DNA of 28,227 nt, from contig JBDRGF010000127.1 in the NCBI GenBank assembly GCA_043818055.1, positions 1-28,227 on the forward strand, written 5' to 3'. Shown one piece after another: positions 1 through 9,600 of the stretch (position 1 is the first letter of the stretch; the number at the start of each line of letters is the position of its first letter). Below the pieces are notes generated by a model. That model saw only the letters and a program-made list of their open reading frames with translations. It searched no databases and was not told the DNA's origin. The stretch comes from Pseudomonadota bacterium. GTDB taxonomy: Bacteria > UBA10199 > 2-02-FULL-44-16 > JBDRGF01. A program made the translations under genes and the position numbers.

Positions 1-38
1 ACTTTTCTGATTAATAACGCGCAATAAAGGAGGAAAAT

Positions 39-206
39 ATGGCACATAATATTTCAGATGAATGCATTGCTTGTGGGGCCTGTGAGCCGACTTGTCCTGT
101 GGAGGCGATTGAATCGGGAGAAGAAAAATATTCGATCAATAAGTCAAAGTGCACAGACTGCGGCGCTTGCGTCGATGCATGCCCGGTTGAAGCAATTACT
201 GCATAG
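39..206 (+). CDS. fdx: 2[4Fe-4S] ferredoxin (clostridial type), 55 aa
   Basis: Translated by hand (below the ORF track cut-off): MAHNISDECIACGACEPTCPVEAIESGEEKYSINKSKCTDCGACVDACPVEAITA*. Two CxxCxxCxxxCP motifs; AAGGAGG RBS just upstream of ATG 39. Confidence 0.96.
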   Translation: MAHNISDECIACGACEPTCPVEAIESGEEKYSINKSKCTDCGACVDACPVEAITA

Positions 207-207
207 A

Positions 208-249
208 CGTGAAGCGTGAAGCGCAAAAAAGGCATGCCACATGCGCTTT
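208..249. repeat. Heptamer (CGTGAAG)2 arm after the fdx stop, with short inverted partner
   Basis: cgtgaag cgtgaag cgca ... tgcgctt; same unit as at 13817 and 19597. Confidence 0.6.
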
Positions 250-257
250 CTATTGCA

Positions 258-1229
258 ATGAAAGATACTCTAAAAATCGGCCTTCTATCTTTATCTTCAT
301 GGGCTATCTCAGCTCCATTGGCCGGAATTTCATCGCTTCCATGGCGTGTCTTATTGCATGAGATGGGGGCGTCGCTCACTTTTTCTGAGATGATCAGTTC
401 AGAGGGATTGATACGAAACTGCGCAAAGACAAGGCTCTATTTTGAAAATGTTGATCAGGCCCGTCCCTTTGCCGCACAGATTTTCGGTGCTAATCCAAAG
501 AACTTAGCTTTAGCTGCAAGAATTCTCGATGACGAGCCCCTTGTCGATCTCATAGACATCAACATGGGATGCCCTGTTAAAAAGGTCGTGTCGAGGGGGG
601 CGGGCGCAGCCCTGATGAAAGATCCAATATTAGTATCCAGAATTGTTCAAGAGGTGAGAGGGGCAACCTCCAAACCGCTGACAGTTAAGATTCGTTCGGG
701 ATGGGATGAAAACAATATCAACTATATTGAAATTGGAAGGATTGCAGAATCTCATGGTGCTGATGCGGTGATCTTGCACCCAAGAACCCGAAGCTCTTTT
801 CTTAAAGGCAAATCGGAGTGGAGTCAAATTGGAGAATTGAAAAGCAAGCTCAGCATTCCTGTTATTGGAAATGGCGACATAAAGACAGCAGATGATGCGA
901 TAAGCATGCGATCAGAGACTCTCTGCGATGGAGTGATGATAGGACGTGCAGCTATCGGCAATCCTTGGATATTTAATCAGATTAAGAATGAAAGTTTATC
1001 GTCTCCCGATCAACAAGAAAGAATGAGAGTGATTTTGAGACTCCTTTCGCTCATGAAAGGACATCGATCAGAAAGATACTCCCTCACAAATATGAGAACT
1101 GTCATCCCATGGCATGTCAAAGGGATGAAGGGGGCAAAAGATCTTTTGAGAGAGGTGAACATCACAAAAAATACAGGTGATCTAATAAATTTGCTCTCGG
1201 AGTTTTTTACATTACCGACAACATGTTGA
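258..1229 (+). CDS. dusB: tRNA-dihydrouridine synthase (DusB family)
   Basis: APLAGIS, SEMISS, QIFG, DINMGCP, VKIRSGW, HPRT, IGNGDI, GVMIGR motifs. Start placed at ATG 258 because the ORF extension from 216 is repeat-derived. Confidence 0.92.
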   Translation: MKDTLKIGLLSLSSWAISAPLAGISSLPWRVLLHEMGASLTFSEMISSEGLIRNCAKTRLYFENVDQARPFAAQIFGANPKNLALAARILDDEPLVDLIDINMGCPVKKVVSRGAGAALMKDPILVSRIVQEVRGATSKPLTVKIRSGWDENNINYIEIGRIAESHGADAVILHPRTRSSFLKGKSEWSQIGELKSKLSIPVIGNGDIKTADDAISMRSETLCDGVMIGRAAIGNPWIFNQIKNESLSSPDQQERMRVILRLLSLMKGHRSERYSLTNMRTVIPWHVKGMKGAKDLLREVNITKNTGDLINLLSEFFTLPTTC

Positions 1230-1800
1230 TTAGTGTGGGTAAAGAGAGGCCTATCACATTGGTAAAACATCCTTCGATAGCTTCAACAAAGATGGCTCCC
1301 TTTCCCTGGATCGCATAGCTACCGGCTTTTCCGAATGGTTCCCTCGTCGCAACATACCAATCCACCATATCATCGCTCATATCTATAAATTTTACCCTTG
1401 TCGATACAACCTCGACCATAAGCCTCTCTGAACTTCTGTTCAGAAGCGCAATGCCGCTTACCACATCATGCCATCTGTCAGAGAGTGTGTAGAGCATCCT
1501 CCTCGCATCATCCGCATCAATCGGCTTGCCCATTATAATCTCATCACATACTACCGTCGTATCAACCGTTATGATCAGCGCATTATTGTTTTTCGGCCTG
1601 ATCGATAGGGCCTTCTCCTTTGCAAGTCTCTTGACGTAATCTTCGGGAGACTCTTCCGGATAAATAATCTCGTCGATCTTGGGAAATCTCACGCGGAAGG
1701 GGAGCCCCGTCATCTTCATGAGCTCTCTTCTTGCTTTCGATGAAGTAGCTAAGATTAATGGCCTTTCGATATCCAGCATTCCTTTTAATTCATTAGACAT
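1207..1800 (-). CDS. maf: Maf-family nucleoside triphosphate pyrophosphatase (YhdE-like, dTTP/UTP)
   Basis: LILATSSKARRELM, LAKEKA, DTTV, GKP, KAGSYAIQG, NVIGLSL; overlaps the dusB 3' end by 23 bp (convergent). Confidence 0.93.
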   Translation of the reverse strand: MSNELKGMLDIERPLILATSSKARRELMKMTGLPFRVRFPKIDEIIYPEESPEDYVKRLAKEKALSIRPKNNNALIITVDTTVVCDEIIMGKPIDADDARRMLYTLSDRWHDVVSGIALLNRSSERLMVEVVSTRVKFIDMSDDMVDWYVATREPFGKAGSYAIQGKGAIFVEAIEGCFTNVIGLSLPTLINMLSVM

Positions 1801-1899
1801 GTTAAACCTCCATGAAGATAAAGGGAGTGTATACTAAACCATCCATCAGAAAAATCACTTATTTTGTTTTATTACTTCATATGCTATAAGCCCTATCTT

Positions 1900-2790
1900 A
1901 TGAAGAAAAATAAAAAACAATTAGGCAAGTCTACAAATAAACCGGTAAAGAGACCTCAAACCCCTGCCAAAATAAACGCAAATATTGAGAGTCTAAAATT
2001 TGAGCTTGAGAGACAAAAACACAAGCTCAGATTAGTCAACGAAGAGAAGATCAATTTATATAAAGAGCTTGAAGAGACAAACAAAAAACTTCAAAAGATC
2101 GACCAACTCAAATCGGACTTTGTCTCAATGGTCTCTCATGAGCTTAGAACCCCCCTTGCTAACATAAAGGCCTCTGTGAGTCTTTTAAGGGATGGTATCT
2201 CCGGAGAGGTAAATGAGACACAGCGTACTCATCTGACAATCGCTTCGAACAACATCGACAGGCTCCTGAGGATTATAAACAACCTCCTCGATCTATCAAA
2301 GATAGAAGCCGGAAAACTTGAATTGCATAAAGAGCGTGTTGATCTCAATTTTATCATAAAACAGATCGCGATCTCCTTTGAACCTAAGATCGAAGAGGCT
2401 CATTTAAAGCTGAAAACTCATATGCCAAATACACCAACCGATGTTTTTGCAGACCCGGACAAGATGACTCAGGTCATCACTAATCTCATAAGTAACGCTG
2501 TCAAATTTACACATGAAGGATTTGTCGAAATATCGCTTCGGGAAAAAGGGAACCAGATTGAATGCACTGTTCGTGATACAGGAGTCGGAATAGCTAAAGA
2601 GGATATGCCAAAGCTCTTCAGCAAATTTGAGCAGTTCGGAAAGCCAAAAGTTACCAAAGAAAAAGGGACCGGGTTGGGACTTTCAATAGCCAAAGGTATA
2701 GTCGAAGAACATAAAGGAAAGATGTTTGTAAAAAGCGAACTTGGCAAAGGAACTGAATTTACATTCACACTGCCAAAAAATACCGATTGA
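1900..2790 (+). CDS. Cytoplasmic histidine kinase (coiled coil + HisKA + HATPase_c), no obvious sensor domain
   Basis: H box SHELRTPL, N box QVITNLISNAVKFT, G1 DTGVGI, G2 GTGLGLSI; no TM segment. Start ATG 1900 is inferred. Confidence 0.9.
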   Translation: MKKNKKQLGKSTNKPVKRPQTPAKINANIESLKFELERQKHKLRLVNEEKINLYKELEETNKKLQKIDQLKSDFVSMVSHELRTPLANIKASVSLLRDGISGEVNETQRTHLTIASNNIDRLLRIINNLLDLSKIEAGKLELHKERVDLNFIIKQIAISFEPKIEEAHLKLKTHMPNTPTDVFADPDKMTQVITNLISNAVKFTHEGFVEISLREKGNQIECTVRDTGVGIAKEDMPKLFSKFEQFGKPKVTKEKGTGLGLSIAKGIVEEHKGKMFVKSELGKGTEFTFTLPKNTD

Positions 2791-2862
2791 TCCTTATGAA
2801 TTTCCGACAGTTTTGAAAATTCTCAATGTATATGACCGATTCGTCAAATGTCGATAATCGAA

Positions 2863-2906
2863 ATTTCTAAACTTACGCACTTAAACACTTCTACACTCAA
2901 ACACTT
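2863..2906. repeat. Octamer tandem array (ACTTAAAC/ACTTCTAC family) directly after the aclA stop
   Basis: atttctaa acttacgc acttaaac acttctac actcaaac actt; same family as 18504, 19115 and 19653. Confidence 0.8.
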
Positions 2907-2908
2907 GT

Positions 2909-4735
2909 TCACTCCGTCATATAAGCAATCTCATCATACGGTGTTCTGTAGAGAGGTTGTTTGAGGCGCTTCTGGTCGAAGATGTGACCGATGATTCCGA
3001 TCGAGCGGCCGATGACGAATAGGGCGTTCAGACAGCCAAGTTCGATGATCTCGTCGACCTCTTTCCTGGTAAAGAGGTCACAGCTCTTTAGAAGATCGAC
3101 GAAGCATATGCCGATGCATCCATCGACATTCAAAATCAGATTTCCCTTTTTGGAAGTTGTCAGTGCTTCGACCTCTAAAGCATAATCGAGAAGCTCAGTT
3201 TTTGGAAAATGTTTTCTGCAGAATTTCTTGAGCTGTGTCACGCGCATGTCGGGGTTGGTGACGCTCTTCACAAGATGTCCGATGCCCGGGATGTTGATGC
3301 CCTTCACCTTCATATCCTTTACAAAATCGGCCGGCTTCATTTTTGATTCAATCGCACGTTTGAAATTTCTCGCGGCATCATCGATAGCACCTCCGAAACG
3401 AGGACCTATGGTAAGAAGTCCTGAGACGAGTGCAGAGATGACATCCTTGCCAGCCCTTGCCGTAACAATAGCGTTGTGCGCGCCGGAGACGGCTGGACCG
3501 TGATCTGCTGTAAGCACCAAAGCCAATTCCAGAAATTTTCTAGCATATTCGGGAAGTTCCTTTTTAAACCACAAAAGTCCGATCACGCCTCCAATGCCGA
3601 TCTCGCTCTCGATTACTTTCGAAATCGGAACTTTGCTATATTCGAGTTCTTCCTTTCTGTCGTTTGATATCGTGGTGATAAATGTTGCCGGCTTTCTGAT
3701 CTTTCCCTCTTTAACAGCCTGTGCATAGTCCATAGGGAAATTGGGGGAGACGTTATCCTCAACGGAACTTACTAGTCCCTGTTTAGTCAGTCTGGTAAAA
3801 ACCTTCTTCACCTCTTCACCATAGTCGTCGAATGAGTTTGGTACGATAGCGCCGGCATCTTTTAAAGCCTTGTTCTTGGCTTCAGCCGTTTCTAAATCAC
3901 TTCCCGCCTTAGCGCCGGCATGACCGAATTGAACACCAGCAGGAAACATTTTCGAACATGTTCCCGTCACCCAGATGACTAGCGGCTTGGTTATCCTTCC
4001 ATCTTTGAGCGCATCGACTATTTTAAGTTCATCAGTTCCGCCGATCTCTCCCAACGCTGCTATCATCTTAACATCGTCGATCGCTTCGTATCTCATTATG
4101 TGCTCGATGAGCGTCGAACCCGGATAGGCATCCCCTCCGATTGCGATCCCTTCGTATAAACCGTCGCTGTTTCGGGCTATGATGTTATAGCATTCGTTCG
4201 ACAAACCGCCCGACTTTGAAACAAAGCCGACCGATCCGGGACGATGTAGTTTTGATTCGATGATGTTATCAATCGTGCCGGCGGTGTTTCCAACTTTAAA
4301 ACAGCCGGCCTTTATGCCTCCAACCGTCGCCGGTCCTATGATCATCTTATCCTGTTCTTTGGCTGTTGCTGCGAGGATACGTGCCTTTCTCTCCGGAACA
4401 CCCTCAGCTATGATGGCCACAGTCTTTATATTTGGATTGGCAAGGGCTTCCATGCTTGTAGGATACGCGCTTCTGAAAGATGAAAAATTCACAAGCACAT
4501 CTGCTGATGTATGATTATCGCTTGCCTCTTTGAGCGTCCTGTACATAGGAATTAAAATTTCCTTCTGGCCATAGAATGCCTTATGAAACCCTTCACGCGT
4601 CGGATTGACGATGGCTGCCACCGATGGCGTCAACCTTCCACAGACAAAATCGAAATCAAGCATGCGCTGAATAGCGTTCTGCTGATAGCCATAAACGATC
4701 GATGTTGTATCCTTTGTAAAAAGTTCCGCCTTCAT
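2909..4735 (-). CDS. aclA: ATP-citrate lyase large subunit (CoA-binding, phospho-His and citryl-CoA lyase domains)
   Basis: QRMLDFD, IIAEGVPE, IGPATVGG, VSKSGG, QFGHAGA (catalytic His), DHGPAVSGAHN, GPRFGGA, PGIGH, LNVDG; 608 aa. Confidence 0.96.
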   Translation of the reverse strand: MKAELFTKDTTSIVYGYQQNAIQRMLDFDFVCGRLTPSVAAIVNPTREGFHKAFYGQKEILIPMYRTLKEASDNHTSADVLVNFSSFRSAYPTSMEALANPNIKTVAIIAEGVPERKARILAATAKEQDKMIIGPATVGGIKAGCFKVGNTAGTIDNIIESKLHRPGSVGFVSKSGGLSNECYNIIARNSDGLYEGIAIGGDAYPGSTLIEHIMRYEAIDDVKMIAALGEIGGTDELKIVDALKDGRITKPLVIWVTGTCSKMFPAGVQFGHAGAKAGSDLETAEAKNKALKDAGAIVPNSFDDYGEEVKKVFTRLTKQGLVSSVEDNVSPNFPMDYAQAVKEGKIRKPATFITTISNDRKEELEYSKVPISKVIESEIGIGGVIGLLWFKKELPEYARKFLELALVLTADHGPAVSGAHNAIVTARAGKDVISALVSGLLTIGPRFGGAIDDAARNFKRAIESKMKPADFVKDMKVKGINIPGIGHLVKSVTNPDMRVTQLKKFCRKHFPKTELLDYALEVEALTTSKKGNLILNVDGCIGICFVDLLKSCDLFTRKEVDEIIELGCLNALFVIGRSIGIIGHIFDQKRLKQPLYRTPYDEIAYMTE

Positions 4736-4753
4736 ATAACCTCCGTAAAAAAC

Positions 4754-4837
4754 CGTATCGCGTTAATCGTGATACGGATAACGTCCAAGGAAAATAATAA
4801 GATAAAACCTTTAACGTTTCACGAACAACGCTTCACG
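4754..4837. repeat. Degenerate inverted heptamer element between aclB and aclA
   Basis: CGT recurs every 7 nt at 4754-4788 and ACG every 7 nt at 4814-4837 (cttcacg abuts the aclB stop). Includes a hairpin, ccgtatcgcg-ttaat-cgtgatacgg, at 4753-4777. Confidence 0.6.
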
Positions 4838-6100
4838 TTATTTAAGCGCCATCGAAACTATCTTCGTCATATGCGTCTCGGGGCCATAGACCTCTATAGG
4901 AACGCCAAGTGTCTCTCCTAGCTTTCTTATTTTCTGTAGCCCCTCCTGATAATTTGGGCCGCCTCGACGCACATAGATCTTAACCTTGTGTTCTATTAAC
5001 TTGTCCTTAAATTCATTTAGTGCCTGAATTATACCTGTGAAGGTCTTTGCTACATCCGTGAAGTTAGCAATTCCACCGCCGATCAATAAAAATTTTCCCT
5101 TTGGATCCTTTTCACGCGTCATCAGATCCAAAACTGTCTTTGCATATTGATAGGTCTCTTCGGTTGTGGGATTGCCCGAATACTCCCCGTAATTTGCGAG
5201 TTCCTTTGAAAATCCGATATCGCAAACCGTGTCGGCATAGATGACGGAAGCCCCTCCACCAGCTACCATCGACCAGATTCTGCCTTTTGGATTTAGTATC
5301 GTGAGTTTCAATGAAGAGCCGCTCTTCTCATCGAGTCCCTTTATGAACTCTTCCTCTGGTGCATGAGATGTTCCAAATGATGCTGGAAAATCGATCTTTC
5401 CCCAGATTTGCGAGCATTCGAACTGGGCGGTGTCGTCGAGTTTTGCAACCATATCGAGAGGGACTATGTCATCACCCCAGAATGTGAAGGGGTTTATTTC
5501 GAGATAAGAAAAACCTGCGTTTGCATACATCTTATGAAGTCCCATGAGAAAGGAAATCACGTTATCCTTTCTGTTTCCAAGATTTTTAAGATGACTTTCA
5601 AAGTCGACCTTTTCAACGGGCTCCAAAATGGAAACTGGAATCTGTACGACCTGATCCCAGTTCTCTTCGACGTAGATTCCACCCTTTGTCGAAAAATAAA
5701 TTATATCCCTCTCCCGCTCTGAACGAATAGCGACAAACCATTCATCATCTTCGGCATGTTTAAAAAATGGTTCAATGAGAAAGTGAGTGAGTGTTCCTTT
5801 TGTCTCACCGACTGTGACTTCCTGATTCATGCGCTCATAGGTCCAGTCCCACGCATCTTTCCAATTTGCATTGAGGCAGAGGAGTTTGTGTTTGCCGCGT
5901 TTTCCGAAGAGCTGATCCGGCTTAACTACGAGTTTTTCCTCCTCAAGCCATGGATGCGTTTTTACCAACTCTTTAGGGTCGGTATCCGGCGTGACAAGCG
6001 CTAGTTTGGGTTTGTCGCTTTTAAAAGCCTTTGTGTAGAGAGGAAGCTGTTCGAACAGAATCCTCTTTGCGTCGTATTCTCTGATACCTCGTTGGGCCAT
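4838..6100 (-). CDS. aclB: ATP-citrate lyase small subunit (ATP-grasp + citrate-binding domain)
   Basis: GIREYDAK, VVKPDQLFGKRGK, YLEINP, KLDDTA, MVAGGGASVIYAD, NYGEYSG, GGGIANFT, VRRGGPNYQEGL, GPETHMT; GGAGG RBS. Confidence 0.96.
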   Translation of the reverse strand: MAQRGIREYDAKRILFEQLPLYTKAFKSDKPKLALVTPDTDPKELVKTHPWLEEEKLVVKPDQLFGKRGKHKLLCLNANWKDAWDWTYERMNQEVTVGETKGTLTHFLIEPFFKHAEDDEWFVAIRSERERDIIYFSTKGGIYVEENWDQVVQIPVSILEPVEKVDFESHLKNLGNRKDNVISFLMGLHKMYANAGFSYLEINPFTFWGDDIVPLDMVAKLDDTAQFECSQIWGKIDFPASFGTSHAPEEEFIKGLDEKSGSSLKLTILNPKGRIWSMVAGGGASVIYADTVCDIGFSKELANYGEYSGNPTTEETYQYAKTVLDLMTREKDPKGKFLLIGGGIANFTDVAKTFTGIIQALNEFKDKLIEHKVKIYVRRGGPNYQEGLQKIRKLGETLGVPIEVYGPETHMTKIVSMALK

Positions 6101-6112
6101 ATTTCCTCCGGA

Positions 6113-6174
6113 AGTTTACAGTTTACAGCTAGCAAAAATAATTTCTTATAACTGTGAACTGATAACTGTAAACT
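6113..6174. repeat. Inverted heptamer element (AGTTTAC / GTAAACT) between icd and aclB
   Basis: agtttac agtttac agctagc ... ataact gtgaact gataact gtaaact. Confidence 0.8.
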
Positions 6175-6177
6175 TTT

Positions 6178-7374
6178 TTACAATCTCTGCGCGACCTCAT
6201 CAATAAATTCCTCGGTGTTCACATGTTTGTTTGTCGAAGGTGTTAGCAGGGGGGAGAGATCCTTCGTGACTATGTTGTTTTCTATACAATCAATAACTGC
6301 TCTTTCAAGCTTGTCAGCGAATTCCACGACTTTAGGCGTATCGTCCAGTTCGCCGCGCTTTTTGATGGCGCCGCTCCAGGCGAAGATCGAAGCTACGGAA
6401 TTTGTGCTTGTGGCATTTCCCTTCAGATGTTCGTAATAGTGGCGACGGACAGTGCCGTGGGCCGCTTCATATTCGAATTTGCCGTCGGGGGATACGAGTA
6501 CCGATGTCATCATGCCTAAGCTTCCGAATCCAGCTGCGACCATATCCGAGAAGACATCTCCATCGTAATTCTTGCACGCCCACAGGATACCACCTTCGTG
6601 TTTCATGATCTGCGCGACCGCGTCGTCAATCAACAGATAACGATAGCTGATGCCTGCCTCGTCCATCTCTTTTTTACGGCTTTCAACCTCTTTGCCGAAG
6701 ACATCCTTGAAATGAGCATGATATTTCTTGCTGATAGTATCTTTCGCGCCAAACCAGAGATTCACTTTTTCAGAGAGGGCATAATTTACGCAGGCCTTTG
6801 CAAATGAGCGGATGGATTTGTCGGTGTTGTGAATTCCCATGACTATTCCATCCCCTTTGAACTCGTGGATGGTCATTCGAATTTCCTGATCGCCGCTCGT
6901 TGGCGTAAAGAGTATCTCGGCCTTGCCGGGCTGAGTTACGACCATCTCGACGCTCTTATATAGATCGCCATATGCGTGACGGCCGATGGTGATCGGCTTC
7001 TTCCAGCTGCGGACAGCGGGAACGATATTTTTTACCATGATCGGTTTTCTGAATACCGTGCCATCCAATATCGCACGGATAGTGCCATTAGGGGATTTCC
7101 ATTGTTGTTTTAGATTATACTCCTTCACGCGATCGGCGTCGGGAGTAATCGTAGCGCATTTCACTCCTACGCCATGTTCCTGAATTGCATGAGCCGCGTC
7201 GCTAGTGATCTGATCATCTGTCGCGTCTCGTTTTGTGACGCTCAAATCGAAATACTTTAGATCGACATCGAGGTGGGGAAGGATCAACTTTTGTTTGATC
7301 ATCTCCCAGATGATCCGGGTCATCTCATCGCCATCCATCTCGACAATCGGGTTTTTAACCTTGATCTTTGACAT
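6178..7374 (-). CDS. icd: NADP-dependent isocitrate dehydrogenase (type II homodimeric)
   Basis: [52 protein letters not shown]. Confidence 0.96.
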   Translation of the reverse strand: MSKIKVKNPIVEMDGDEMTRIIWEMIKQKLILPHLDVDLKYFDLSVTKRDATDDQITSDAAHAIQEHGVGVKCATITPDADRVKEYNLKQQWKSPNGTIRAILDGTVFRKPIMVKNIVPAVRSWKKPITIGRHAYGDLYKSVEMVVTQPGKAEILFTPTSGDQEIRMTIHEFKGDGIVMGIHNTDKSIRSFAKACVNYALSEKVNLWFGAKDTISKKYHAHFKDVFGKEVESRKKEMDEAGISYRYLLIDDAVAQIMKHEGGILWACKNYDGDVFSDMVAAGFGSLGMMTSVLVSPDGKFEYEAAHGTVRRHYYEHLKGNATSTNSVASIFAWSGAIKKRGELDDTPKVVEFADKLERAVIDCIENNIVTKDLSPLLTPSTNKHVNTEEFIDEVAQRL

Positions 7375-7395
7375 GAAAATTCCTCCAATTTTTAG

Positions 7396-7448
7396 AGCGT
7401 ATAGCGGGTAGCGTATAGAAAAACCTATGCGCTCTACGCTATCCGCTA
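7396..7448. repeat. Inverted heptamer element (AGCGTAT family) between acn and icd; overlaps the acn TAG stop
   Basis: agcgtat agcgggt agcgtat ag ... ctatgc gctctac gctatcc gcta. Confidence 0.8.
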
Positions 7449-9377
7449 TTCTACCGTGTAGTTGAGCAACCCTCCAGAGAGCACAATCTTCTTCTGCCTG
7501 TCGGAGAGTTGATATTCACACTCAATTGTCTCGCCTGATCTTTCATTCTTAATCTGCACAAGCTTTCCTTCAGCTATCAAACTCTTCCAGTCTGACGAAC
7601 TCAACTTGTCGCCCTGTTCCACCTTCTCATAGTCGGCTGCATTTTTGAAAGTGAGCGGCAGTATACCGAAGTTGATCAGGTTTGCGGCATGAATCCTTTC
7701 AAATGATTTTGCCACAACGGCCTTCACCCCCAGATACATCGGGCAGAGTGCGGCGTGTTCGCGGCTAGAACCCTGTCCATAAGATTCTCCGGCCACTATT
7801 ATATTCTGTTTGTTGTTCTTTTTATTCTCCATGCAGCGTTTTGGAAATGTGCTATCGACATTTTCGAAGACGAATTCAGAATATTTAGGCACATTCGAAC
7901 GATATTTGAGCCTTGCGCCAGCTGGCATGATGTGGTCGGTCGTGATCTTATCGCCGACCTTTATCATAACCTCTCCTGTCAAAGCATCTGCCATCGCAGA
8001 GTTTCTCGGAGGTTCGCCGATATTTGGACCGCGTTCAATCTCAACCGGGCCTTTGACATCCTTTGGAAAGATGAACATAGAATCATCTATGAAAAAATGC
8101 TTGAGCATTTTGAACTTCGGATATTCCATTCCCAGCTCTCTCGGATCAGTTATCTCTCCTTTGATTGCAGCCGCTGCTGCGACTTCAACGCTTGTGAGAT
8201 AAACATCGGCATCTTTCGTTCCGCTTCGCCCCTCAAAATTTCTGTTCGATGTTCTGATGGAAACTCCTTTGGACTTCGGAGAGAAGCTGTTGCCGATGCA
8301 AAAGCCGCAAGTGCTCTCCAAAAGCCGCGCGCCGCTGCTGAGCATCGTGAGTAAAGCGCTCTCCTTTGTAATCATCTGCAGCACCTGTCTGGAGCCGGGA
8401 GCGACTCCAAGGCTGACATCCGGATGAACCTTTTTGTCCTTCAGAATTTCAGCGGCCGTCATCATATCCTTGAACGACGAGTTGGTGCATGAGCCTATGC
8501 AGACCTGATCGACTTTAAGCCCTTTTAGTTCCGAGATCTTTTTTACATTGCCGGGGCTGTGTGGCGTTGCTGCCATAGGTTCTATAGTGCTAAGATCGAG
8601 ATCGATCACACGGTCGTATTCCGCGTCGGCATCGGCCTTGACCTCGACCCAGTCATCCTCTCTCCCCTGAGCCTTTAGAAAATCCTTTGTAATATGATCC
8701 GATGGAAAGATCGATGTAGTCACCCCCATCTCGGCGCCCATGTTGGTTATCGTCGCGCGTTCCGGCACGGAAAGGGTGACAACGCCGGGACCTGCATATT
8801 CGATTATCACACCGACATTCCCCTTGGTGGTTAGCATCTCGAGCATTTTTAAGACTACATCTTTGGCCGATATCCAGTCATTCAGCTTTCCGGTGAGGTT
8901 GACCTTATAGACCTTCGGCGCTGTGAGGTAAAAATTGCCGCCGCCCATTGCAACCGCTACATCGAGGCCACCAGCGCCGATGGCTATCTGTCCGATGCCG
9001 CCTCCTGTTGGGGTGTGGCTATCGCTTCCAAGCAGCGTAGTACCCGGCTTTCCAAAGCGCTCCAGATGCACCTGATGGCATATGCCGTTGCCCGCGCGTG
9101 AAAAGATTATTCCATATTTTGCCGCAACCGATTGCAGATAGCGATGGTCATCGGAGTTTTCAAACCCGACCTGAATGGTGTTGTGATCGACGTAAGACAC
9201 TGAAATGTCTGTTTTTATTTCGGTAAGGCCCAGCGCTTCGAATTGAAGATATGCCATGGTGCCGGTCGCATCCTGTGTTAGCGTCTGATCGATGCGTATT
9301 CCAACTTCGCTTCCCGCCTTGAGCTTACCCTCTTTTAGATGGGCATCTAGAAGCTTCATCACAATATTCTTACCCAT
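7446..9377 (-). CDS. acn: Aconitate hydratase (~640 aa single-chain type)
   Basis: [52 protein letters not shown]; adjacent to icd. Confidence 0.93.
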   Translation of the reverse strand: MGKNIVMKLLDAHLKEGKLKAGSEVGIRIDQTLTQDATGTMAYLQFEALGLTEIKTDISVSYVDHNTIQVGFENSDDHRYLQSVAAKYGIIFSRAGNGICHQVHLERFGKPGTTLLGSDSHTPTGGGIGQIAIGAGGLDVAVAMGGGNFYLTAPKVYKVNLTGKLNDWISAKDVVLKMLEMLTTKGNVGVIIEYAGPGVVTLSVPERATITNMGAEMGVTTSIFPSDHITKDFLKAQGREDDWVEVKADADAEYDRVIDLDLSTIEPMAATPHSPGNVKKISELKGLKVDQVCIGSCTNSSFKDMMTAAEILKDKKVHPDVSLGVAPGSRQVLQMITKESALLTMLSSGARLLESTCGFCIGNSFSPKSKGVSIRTSNRNFEGRSGTKDADVYLTSVEVAAAAAIKGEITDPRELGMEYPKFKMLKHFFIDDSMFIFPKDVKGPVEIERGPNIGEPPRNSAMADALTGEVMIKVGDKITTDHIMPAGARLKYRSNVPKYSEFVFENVDSTFPKRCMENKKNNKQNIIVAGESYGQGSSREHAALCPMYLGVKAVVAKSFERIHAANLINFGILPLTFKNAADYEKVEQGDKLSSSDWKSLIAEGKLVQIKNERSGETIECEYQLSDRQKKIVLSGGLLNYTVE

Positions 9378-9600
9378 GGACCCCCCTACTGTGACAGTTT
9401 ATTTATAATATTTCCACTAGTGAAACTCACCCCTGATGTGAATTGTCAATCCACGCTCAGGGGTTAGTTTGTTAGGCCTACTCATATTATCATCTGCATT
9501 TTTTGTCTATACCTTTTGTTGATGTGGTGTGAATATGTGGAAAATTGAAAAAGTCTAGACCTGATTTTTTACAGCTCTTGTGGAAAATGTGGGCTATTTC

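Noticed and set aside
11..379. 122-aa minus-strand ORF
   Set aside because: Antisense shadow of the ferredoxin and dusB, which have clear motifs and (for fdx) an RBS.
2909..6100. Succinyl-CoA synthetase (sucCD) or citrate synthase annotation
   Set aside because: The fused citryl-CoA lyase domain and the citrate-binding GGGIANFT loop identify ATP-citrate lyase.
9420..9449. Minus-strand TTGACA upstream of acn as a sigma70 promoter
   Set aside because: No credible -10 hexamer at 16-18 nt spacing.
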